Shown one piece after another: positions 54,201-64,000 of a stretch of 64,000 nucleotides of DNA. This DNA comes from Bugula neritina (taxonomy: Eukaryota; Animalia; Bryozoa): NCBI GenBank assembly GCA_964035545.1, contig OZ037765.1, forward strand, positions 1,178,001-1,242,000, given 5' to 3'. The position numbers and the translations under genes were made by a program. Each line of letters starts with the position of its first letter. The first letter of the stretch is position 1. Under the pieces are notes generated by a model, which did no database searches, was not told the DNA's origin, and saw only the letters and a program-made list of their open reading frames with translations.

Positions 54201-57200
54201 TCAGGAAACTACATCTTCCTAACAGTTCACATTGATCTCTACACAGCTAGTGCAGTGTATGTAACATGAAGACATGAAGATACCTCAGTGAAGTAGAACA
54301 TGATGGCATCATTATACAGGATATCTATAAGATGCAGTCTACCATCAACTATCATCTGCACTTGATATCTTCTGTAGTAAGAACTTTCTAGAAACTGTTT
54401 GTAGTGTCTGAAGTATAGCAATACAGTTATTCATTTATTATCAGTGATAACTACTCAATAATGACTAATTACTAACGACTAATAATTAAAGGCTACGAAC
54501 TAGTGATTAGTAATTAATTACTACTAACTGATTACTAATAACTGGTAGATACTTAATGACTGTCAACTGGCTACTTATTATTCATTAAGACCTGGCTACT
54601 AGTCACTCACTGATGAGTTAAGACTAATGAATATAAGATCAAGCTAAAGATAATGAGAACTGAACTTCTTATGATGGCTTACAGACAATTAAACTTATGA
54701 GATTGAATTTTTGAACTCTCCAAACATCCTGTTGATATACAGATTTTGAGAGGCAAAATTCGAAAACTTGCAAAGGGAGATGAGAGACATTTTATTGTCT
54801 CTATACGAGATTATTGTGGCAGAAGATAGTTTCGGTCAGAAATGCACTGTTTTTAGCAAGTGGACACAACTTTAACAAATATCAGCAGGAGAGGATAACT
54901 GCTAGTATCAGTTACTTACTCTTTCTTGAACAGTTCCTCCACAAACAGCTGACAATCTTTGAAACACAAGGGATCTACTTTACCATCTTCACTACAGATT
55001 TTACCTAAAATATCCACAATTCAACAAAGATAAACTTACAAACTAAAATACAGTATCTCTTTATATTTTTTTAATAATTTTGCAAACAGCAAGAAAGCTG
55101 CAACCCTACAGGATGTTACAAATTGTAAAATATGTGATAACAGTCTTCTTTCAAATATACAATGAGAAAGTTGAAGATTTACTAACCAACATTGTGTGAT
55201 GGACATTGAAAATACATTACTTAGACAAATGTTCCTTCAAGTTATATAATAAATTCCTAAGAGATTTTATCTTGCTGTATGGTAGGCTTTTGTACACAAA
55301 TACCTACTGCTGTGCAGTTGGTAAAATAAGTCAATCAAGGTAAAGTAACACAGAAATTCTAATAGCCTAGGTTCTTTAATTATCTTTTTAAAAAAAGTTT
55401 TCCAATTTCATGAGAGGACATAACTCTTATTGCTAGGAAACTCCTCATATAAAACCCACACCTGTCCGGGGTTTCTCTATTACTGTACCCAGTAAGTACA
55501 ACTCAAGTCTTTCAAGTACGTAGAAGAGTACTACTTATCTATCCCTCATATATAATTAGTATATCTCAACACACCATCAGTTACATAACCAGCTATACTG
55601 TACACCACCCCACCTTACCATTTGGCCTCAATCATGTGTGAGGTAGTTGAGTTAAATACATGTTTTAATAGGTGTTAGTGAATAAATATATGGAAATATG
55701 CAGATCACTGCTACTAACCAAGTAGAAATATTTTTCTTATCAACAGTTTTATATAATATTATGATATAACATATATATTACTACAGCCTTCTATATGTTA
55801 TAACTATATATGTTTCTACAGTTCCTACATGTTATAACTATATATATTACTACAGTTTCTATATAACTAAACATAATCTATCTTGACTCTAATATGTTTC
55901 ACTGCAATGAACTGAAAACCCGTATGTAATATCAGTAGAACTCATCATTTATACAAACCTTCAACATGTCACCCTTAATTTATAAAATCTGGAGTTCCAC
56001 ACAAATATTTTAGGAATTTAGCTAGATCTATCCCCCTGACTAACTACAGCATAACTTCAGTTGTTGGCAGTTTGACCAGAGAAACAGTGTTGGGAAGCAG
56101 CTAAGTAAATGGTATAATAATAGCACAGAACTCATTAGAAAAATCATCAAATAAATAACCACACTGACAGAAATCAATTAGCAAAGAATTCTCCTCAGGA
56201 AGTCACTGATTAATCCACTGCATTGCCAAATACTAGTAGCCAGAACTGTGTGTATGGAGCAGGATTTCCCAGATGGAAATACTATGACCGGAATAACGTT
56301 GTAATCATGTGTCAAATACTTAGATATTATGAAATAGTTGACATCGAAAAACAACTAGTATTGACAACTAACTGTAGGATTGCAATCATTAGATTATCTG
56401 TACACAACTACATAGTTACTATTCTATAAACAACCCAAACTACAGTAAGTTTTATCACTAGGACTACAATATTTAATAATAGACCCCCAGTTGTCTATAG
56501 TTGTCTATAGTTGAACATCCTTGAATAGAAAATGGTTTTTAGGGGAGGGTGGATCATTGCAATAAACCTCGCCCTGACAGCCTAACTTGAAGGTTATACT
56601 GCTGCAGTACAAACTGTTGACCAGTTGCTGGGTTTGATCCAGTGACCCTACATTACATGTCATGTTCGACCAGCGCCTCTACCACCAGACCATCACTGTT
56701 CTGGGAAATAAGCTGGTCATGTTGGGTGGAATACTAGAATCTTCCACTGGTCTGGATATCAACAGTTCTAGGAAATACCACTAATGACAGATGCAGAGGC
56801 TGTGCAGACAGATATGACTGCATAGTTAACTAACTTTCAACCTCTAAACTCCAAAAATGCACTGGGAGAAGCTGAGGATAGAGGCATAAATATATACCTA
56901 GTCAGAGCTTAAGTGTAGCACAAACAACTTGACCTGCATGTGGAGGTAGTGTTTGCCTAGCAGGTGTTATAATAATTAAAATAACATGAGACAATAAATT
57001 ATAAAGTACTTAGTGATGTTCTCCATTATACTACAGCATGCTGTTAAGGCTATGTAATACAGTTGACATACTGATGGTAGAGTTGTATCTATTTAGAATA
57101 TTCTAGAAGTAAAGTATAGACATACTGATGGTGGAGTTACGGAGCTGCTCTGTAATGCCGATGAAAGACTGACAGTCTAAAGCAATGTACTTTGAGTATA

Positions 57201-60200
57201 TGTTGACAGCATCTCTTTTGATACCTGCAACAGGCATACGATATATTACATACCACGATACGATATATCACATACCATGATACGATATATTACATACCAC
57301 GATACGATATATTACACATGATATATAAGATATATTACACACATCTACATCATGTATAGCATATATTATACTACATATTACAGTTTACACAATATATTAC
57401 ACACAATGAATCACATTCTCCATACTTGGTTGGTTTGAAATTTTAACTTTAAGTTTATTAAAAATTCCTATCCTCCATTTCATCTGGTCGCTTCTACTAA
57501 TACACACTCTAACACTTGCTACTCTAATGTATTCTATATACATATACACAGATACAATTTGTATAGATTAATATCAAACATTCCATTTAACTCATCACAA
57601 AGTGGAAGCAACAAACTATAATTAGAGTACATGTCTGTGTACCGTTAGTTCTACTAGTATTTCTACCTATAGACAGGTAGTTATATCTATAGACAAGTAG
57701 TTATACCTATAGACAGGTATTTCTATAGACAAGTAGCTATACCTATAGACAGATATTTCTATCTATAGACAGGTATTTCTTTAAGTCTGATAAATTGATA
57801 ATTAATCAAGTAAAAAGAAATTCAAATAAATGACAATTGCTGTTGATTTCCATTATACCAATATGTAAAATTATAAAAGAAATATCAATGTGGTACATAA
57901 ATTGGGCGAGTAAATTCAGTAGCTGTGCTTTTAATACATAAAATATAAACTACACTGAAAGTTGCCAATTTTTCAGTCTATGATTTTAAGGAACTGAGTC
58001 TAGGCTGTTGCAAGGTGAAACTCTCTCACACAACTAATACACACACTGCAGTTCGTCTCACATAACTGGCATAGTTTGCTACATGCTGGTCAGAGTGTAT
58101 AATCTACACTAGTGTTGAGTGTACTGACTGCCAGTGGCTAACAGAATAGGAGGTGTGACCCCAGCAGCTGAAGGGCCAAGTGTGCACTTGATTATACAGC
58201 TAGCAGATTGAAGTGAACTGGCCTAGTTATGTAAGTGAGTCCATCCTATCTTATCTCTTCAGATGATAAACTATTAACCTCTCTCAATCACTTATCATTC
58301 GACTTTCCACATCAGCTAATTTTACCTCCCAGAGACAAGTTTTACTAACCCCAGCAACACAAACTTAATCTTTAAAATGTTTAATTTTCAGTTTAAGTAA
58401 AACTTGGGTTGGTTTACAGTCTCCGCCCCTGTGAGAACCCCTGAGGGGTGAAGGAGTGTACACACCGATGCCCTTCCTGACCTCATCAATAGTGCTGCCA
58501 GAAGTTAAACCCTTGACCTAGCGCTTACTATGCCGCATCTGCTCCACAGTTTCTTAGTTTAAATGTAAAACTTAAATTCAAAGTTGTATCTAAACTCAAC
58601 CTAAGTTATGAATTTATAATACTTTCAATTTAGCAGTAACTCAAACTAGAATATTTGCAGTCACCAAAGTTGAAAAACTTAAATGGGTAAAAAAATAGAA
58701 TTAAATAAATTCCAACTTACATTCAAGTGGTAACTCACAGGTTTAATAAATTGCTAAAACACGGACTAAACCTACTTTCTTGTAGTGACTCATCGTCTTT
58801 AGTGTCGCTCTTTGGTGTGGAGGGAGAATTAATTGTCACTGTTTTGTTATTGTTGCTACTAGTATCCGATGAGTTCCCGACGACGGAGTGGATGGACTGA
58901 ACTCGCATACGACTCAGCGATGCGGCCGTGAAATTCTCCGAGTCCAACCAGAACTTGACTAGATGACCTTTATCCTTGGAGGTCATGTACTGTATGAACT
59001 GACCAATGAGATCTTGATCGTGAAGTATGTCAAAAAATGACCTAGATAATATTGACGTACGCCTGCACCACACATCTGCTGTCTGCGATTGACCTATGAG
59101 AGAATAATATTTCACTGTGAGCATAAATACTCAGAGAGAAAGTTAGAAGTTTTGTAATTTACTAAAAGTTAGATAACAAATACCCCCTCCTCTCCCCATT
59201 ATGAATTTGGCACACATTAAAAACTAAATAAAAACTGGTATTTGTTTAAAGTGAGACCCCCTTGGCAGCTAGCAGCCTGGTTTGAGGGCTTTTATAGCTG
59301 CTCTTCCTGACATCACCCTAGAGTTGAACCCATGACCTCTGGCATACAGCGCCTGCACTCTAACCACTAGGCCATGGCAGCTCCATTATGTTAAAAACTA
59401 AATAGTTCGGGTTTACCCTATCTATTTTTACTTATCCAAAATTTATCCGCTCCTAAATGATTTCTGATAAACACAAACTACCAACTCTAAACACCTCTAG
59501 TTACCAGAAAATATTAGTAAATATTCCAAATCTTAAAGCCAGTATATCATACGTTATATTTCACTTTACTAGACCTGATGATTAGAAAATTCTGGAACTA
59601 ATAGTTCTGTGGCAGCATGACTCACCCAAATCACCTTGAGTCTCGAGGCCGATGACCCTCGGCGGCAGCTGATGGGAGGATTTAGAGGTCGAGGAAGTGT
59701 GAGCTGAAATATTGTAGAGGTCAATGCATGAGAAACTGATGACTCATCGGTAAATACAAATCAGTTTCCTTTCAGAATTTACCAACGAGTGTAATAATAT
59801 AATACAATAATATAAAACAATAATACAATACAATAATATAATAACGTAATATAATGTAATGTAACACAATAAAAAGGAAGTAATAAGACTTTAAAGAAAG
59901 ATTTTCAAAAATTTGATTGTAAACTATTTATAAAAGTTTAAAAAAGCATAAATAATAAGTTATTGAAAAACATTTTTAAAAAGCATATTAGTTATAAGAC
60001 ACCGAGTCTCAAAAACTGCTAAAACACCAAATAACTATACCAGAACAGTTCCTTCTGAACACGAGAGTTAGATTCACCATGACAGTCCAACAGTTAGTGG
60101 CCAAGTAACAAAAGCATTTGATAACAATTATAATGATTATGTATCAACATTAAAGTTCCAATTGTCTGATAAGCTTCATTGTTTAGTGAACAGTCTAATT

Positions 60201-62475
60201 GTGAGATCAGTCTGACAACCAATAATTATGCTCCCACAATCTAGCACCTGCTGGCACCTAGCAAGCATGACATCACCAACAAGCACTTGGTGGCACTTGC
60301 CAGGAATAACCAGATAGTATATCAGCAAAAAACTTGATATAAAACAAATAGGTTTTAGCATAACGGTATATGTGCATAAAAATATGAATAGCGTGAAAGG
60401 TTTAATTAAAAATTGTGCATTTAAACTTTAAAGCAACCTTAAAACTATTTTCACAGTCTTTGTTTTTACATTTTGCTCATTGTGCTCTGTCAATTTTATA
60501 TGTAAAACTTGACTAAAAAACTACAATATAAAGTTGCAATAAAAAATGAATTCAGTATTACTACCAGAACAAGCTGGTCTCTCAGAGTTCCCCTTGTTTT
60601 ACTGATAGTACTTACATATTTCAGCTCGTCCTACTGTAGATAATATTACTTACTCTCAGCTACTTACAGTTGATGCTGCCAGAGTTACTTACAGTTGGTG
60701 CTGCCGATGCTAGCTGTATCTAGAGAGTCGGTACTCTTAGTGATAGGTAAATCCTTGTAAAACTTAGACTTGGACTTCCTCTTAGCATTCTCAATTGTCT
60801 CTGCTCCATCTAACTCGTCTGTAGGGTCCGTGTCAAAAAACTGCGACTTTCGTTTTGGTTTACTATTCTTTTCTAAAGTATTTATTAATATAAAATAATA
60901 TAATAGTAATAGTATAATATAATAGTAATAGTATAATATGGTAATAGTATAAAATTGTATAAAATAGTAAAATAAATATAGTCTTTAAATATCCTGTCGA
61001 AAACATTTGTCATAATCAACAAAACATTCATACAAGAGAAGATATTCTACTATCCAAATATTAAATGACAGCCAAAGAAATTTTTCTGCCTCAAATTCTA
61101 GGATTTCTGTTTTAAGGTAAGAATAATGATAACTTCCTACAGGGAGTAAGTCTAAGAAATGATTTGCATTATTTGGCTTTAAACTGCAAAAAAGAACCTA
61201 ATACCTACTCACAAAACAAAGTCAGAATAAAAACACATCTCATTCAAAACTCAAATTCAAATAAATTATTTAACCAAAAAATGTTTAAAAAGTAAAATTG
61301 CTTTCAAATTTGTAAGATGCCGTATTTTAGTAAATGAAGAGAAGCTGGTTGACCCAATTTAGTTTAGTTTTTAAAGTCAAATGCAAAAAAAATCATCTTA
61401 ATTTAGTTCCCAAATCAGCTTCAGTCAAGTGCGGCAATTATATGAAATGTTATTTCCAAATGAACAGTATGAGTATGAGTTTGCACGTTCCTCATTTACT
61501 ACCTTCCTCCAAAATTCGAAACTTATTTTCATTTTTATCAGAATTATAAGCATGCCAATTATTATCATGCTGGAACTAAAAACAGCTGAATTAAAATATT
61601 TACTATTTAAATATAAATATGAGTAGCAGTGTCTATTCACTATTGTGTAAATTACATTGCTCAATTAATTTTAAACTAAAACCTTAACTTACATTATTAT
61701 TTATAAAAACTTTAATATCAATAGACACAGTCATATAATAAGGCATATGTTATCAAAATTCATAGAAAAACATAGGCTTTAATTTAGAGTCAAATAGTAA
61801 TATCCATACTGTTATTAGTAATGTTAATAATATTCATAGAAATGATTATCATTATTACTGTCTTTAAGTTATATAAATATCACTGTGGGTTTTGAATTTT
61901 AATGTGATTTAGATTGTGGTAAATTGTAAGCGTCACAGTAATCATAAACTTGATATTAAAGCTCAACTTAAAGTTGGAGATTCCCTTTAAGTTTTACCTT
62001 AGCCTAGGGCCTAATTTGACACACAGTAAAATTTTCTTTTTTCATTTTAGCTACATTTATGGTTGTGTTACTTTTTGCGTATCAGTATAGTAAATCAAAT
62101 ATTCTAAGCACCAAAAGCAAATTCAAAATCAAACTAATTAAATTTAAAATTCCAAGATGATGATCAAGTTCAACATCAATATCAATATGAATATGAACTG
62201 ATTTTGACAAGGAAGATCATGATAATTGATAAAGATGCTTGCGCTAAACATATTTTTATTTCAGCGATAGCATTAAGCACATCTAGTATTAGTACTACAA
62301 AGTCAACAGTATGTGTAACTCAAACTGTATGAGTATTAGTACCACAATTAGAATTAGTTTTACTATTGGCATGATATTAACTTTGACTTTCAGTTTCAGA
62401 TTGAGTGTTTATAAAATTTGATAACCAACCTGGTTTTGTACCTGAGAGCTTTTTTAACGACGGAAGAAATGGCAT
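51297..62475 (-). CDS. AKAP10: A-kinase anchor protein 10 (D-AKAP2): RGS domains plus PKA-binding helix
   Basis: RGS segments LSRSFFDILHD...FIQYM...LVKFWLDSENF, DAVNIYSKYIA, LLQFWMAVDNF...DAMILYEKYFSLQA, ELNICREGGPLPDCF, and C-terminal PKA helix EQEAMAWEVTKMIISGV. The 5' exons 62475-62442, 60872-60693, 60633-60616, 59703-59626, 59093-58776 are phase-compatible, but the start exon is tentative. Confidence 0.9.
56547..56698 (-). mobile_element. tRNA-headed SINE-like fragment with a different body
   Basis: Minus strand TGGTCTGGTGGTAGAGGCGC (A box / D-arm-like) and GGATCAAACCC (B-box-like). No complete cloverleaf. Confidence 0.5.
58405..58548 (-). mobile_element. Degenerate SINE copy, same family as 23548
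   Basis: Minus strand GGTTTAACTTC...GTCAGGAAGGGCATCGG...TCAGGGGTTCTCACAGGGG. Confidence 0.6.
59255..59384 (-). mobile_element. tRNA-derived SINE copy, same family as 23548
   Basis: Minus strand GCCATGGCCTAGTGGTTAGAG...GGTCATGGGTTCAACTC...GATGTCAGGAAGAGCA. Confidence 0.7.
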
Positions 62476-62766
62476 TTCATTTAAAAATAAACATTTAATA
62501 TTCACACTTGAAAACTAAATTGCACATATACCAAATTTTGTAATTTGAATTTTCATTTTATTTCAATTTTAACAATTCGGTTGACAAGGGTATCAGATCG
62601 TCCCCGGAAATAGTTTGAAAGTAATAAATGCTGGGCATGTTGAAAATATTACAGATTTTTTATAACGTTACGGATATCGGGAAATATCGGTGTCGTGACG
62701 TTGTTAGCACGCATTTTATTTTAAATTTCATAGTTACTCGTTTTAGCGTCAAACTCAATTATCATC
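62476..62766. promoter_or_regulatory. Bidirectional promoter AKAP10/RUVBL2
   Basis: About 290 bp separates the divergent ATGs. Contains ETS-like CCGGAAAT (~62604) and a TGACGT half-site (~62696), and is locally CpG-enriched. Confidence 0.6.
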
Positions 62767-63953
62767 ATGGCAGCGGTAAGTAGCGTGGGTTTTAAAATTT
62801 TCTTCTTTTTTAATAGTTAAAGAGAAGATTTTTGTTGTAATGTGGGCTTGAGCTTTAGTCATGATGCAGTTTTATAATTTTGTTTTGTTTTAAAGCAAAT
62901 AATATCTTGACTACCATACAATAATTCGGGCTACTGTTGTCATTGTGATTTAGATTCAGATTGTTTTCATTTTCATTTTGATTGTAATTTATAAAAATAA
63001 ATTCATAGACCAAGACAGGAGACTAGACCTAAAGTATCCGTATCATAGAGTTCGACATTTCTTATCATTATGAGTATGACTATGACTATTGAATTAAATT
63101 TATTATTTCGTCATATTCATATCGAATATGAATATTTATATTCATATTCTCATAATATTCATATTGTTATTAGTTATAATTATTTTATTACTTATACTTA
63201 TAGTTTATGTTATTACTTATTCATTTTCAATTTCATTTTAATTTTCATTTTGAACTACTTTTACTAGAAGTTTAAGTCTAAGTTTTTTAAAATTAATTTC
63301 AATTTGCTAATCAGAACATCACTTAAGGACTGAGGCTTGGCTTTAAGACTATGGTAATCACCGTAATGTCTAATCGACTAATGATGATGAAATTGATCAC
63401 GATATTCAGCCTGACACTGCTAGTTAGTAGTTATATTCTGATTCATGGTCATGCTGATACACATACTGGCTCATACTGATAGTATTAGTCTAACAGTCAC
63501 CTTCTCAGCCTATAAGTATCAGTATGTAAAGTTGAAAATAAAATTATACAATCACAATGACAATCTTAATCATGGTGGTCATAAACTAAAACTCGTTATT
63601 TATTATTCTCGTACTCGTACTGTTAGACTTTGTTATACTGATAATTCATAGTTATAGTGGTTTATTTTTGTGGTTCTATTGTTATACCTTTTCTTGCTGT
63701 TGTCCATCGATATTTTTTATTTATGGGCTTTTCAATTAAAAACAAAGTAAAGCACATTATAAAATTTAATAATAGAATTTGTAATTAATTCATAAGGTAA
63801 ATGTAGTGCCAAAGAGTTGATTCAATATACTACAGTCTACGCCATGATTAATAGTAGTAGCAGGATTTGTTGAATATATGGACATTATCTACTTGCAGGC
63901 ATCAGCACAGAAAGTCCAGGAGATCCGTGAGGTCACTCGTATTGAGCGAATTG
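62767..63953 (+). CDS. RUVBL2: RuvB-like 2 (Reptin), first two exons; gene continues beyond the window
   Basis: Exon 62767-62775 (MAA, donor GTAAGT) plus exon 63899-63953 ASAQKVQEIREVTRIERIG, the characteristic RUVBL2 N-terminus. Confidence 0.9.
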
Positions 63954-64000
63954 GTATGTCCTTGTGCTCTTACTATTAGCATGATGACTGTTATACTGAA

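Noticed and set aside
56547-56698. Possible tRNA gene
   Set aside because: A/B-box-like motifs but no acceptor stem or cloverleaf; treated as a SINE remnant. The same applies to 59255-59384.
58735-58775. Alternative AKAP10 donor at 58739 (GTGAGT)
   Set aside because: Phase 2 is incompatible with the next exon; the donor after 58776 keeps the RGS frame.
63380-63443. Possible C/D box snoRNA in RUVBL2 intron 1 (ATGATGA...CTGA...CTGA)
   Set aside because: Weak terminal stem, no recognisable rRNA guide, and these motifs are common in this low-complexity intron. A snoscan or Infernal hit would be needed.

Overview
Eukaryotic, AT-rich, gene-dense genomic DNA with short GT-AG introns, most likely from an invertebrate animal with a compact genome (taxon not determinable from sequence). 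Spliced genes in order: 3' half of an SHC adaptor (+), FAHD1 (+), XRCC4 (-), ZSWIM2 (+), a coiled-coil/RING protein resembling a plant 'neuralized-like' family (-), VPS8 (-), GPN3 (-), ARPC3 (+), AKAP10 (-) and the first two exons of RUVBL2 (+). The main accessory feature is a very young 6.1-kb LTR element in ARPC3 intron 1. It has two apparently identical 474-bp LTRs, a CTAG target-site duplication and a tRNA-Ala primer-binding site. It has no recognisable pol and encodes one Ty3/gypsy-type Gag capsid fused to a hydrophobic, probably membrane-associated C-terminus. The second theme is intronic tandem duplications that repeatedly copy exon-intron junctions and create arrays of decoy splice sites. 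Several tRNA-derived SINE copies and many intronic minisatellites are also present. Gene identities come from recalled protein motifs, and exon boundaries were read by eye. No searches were run.
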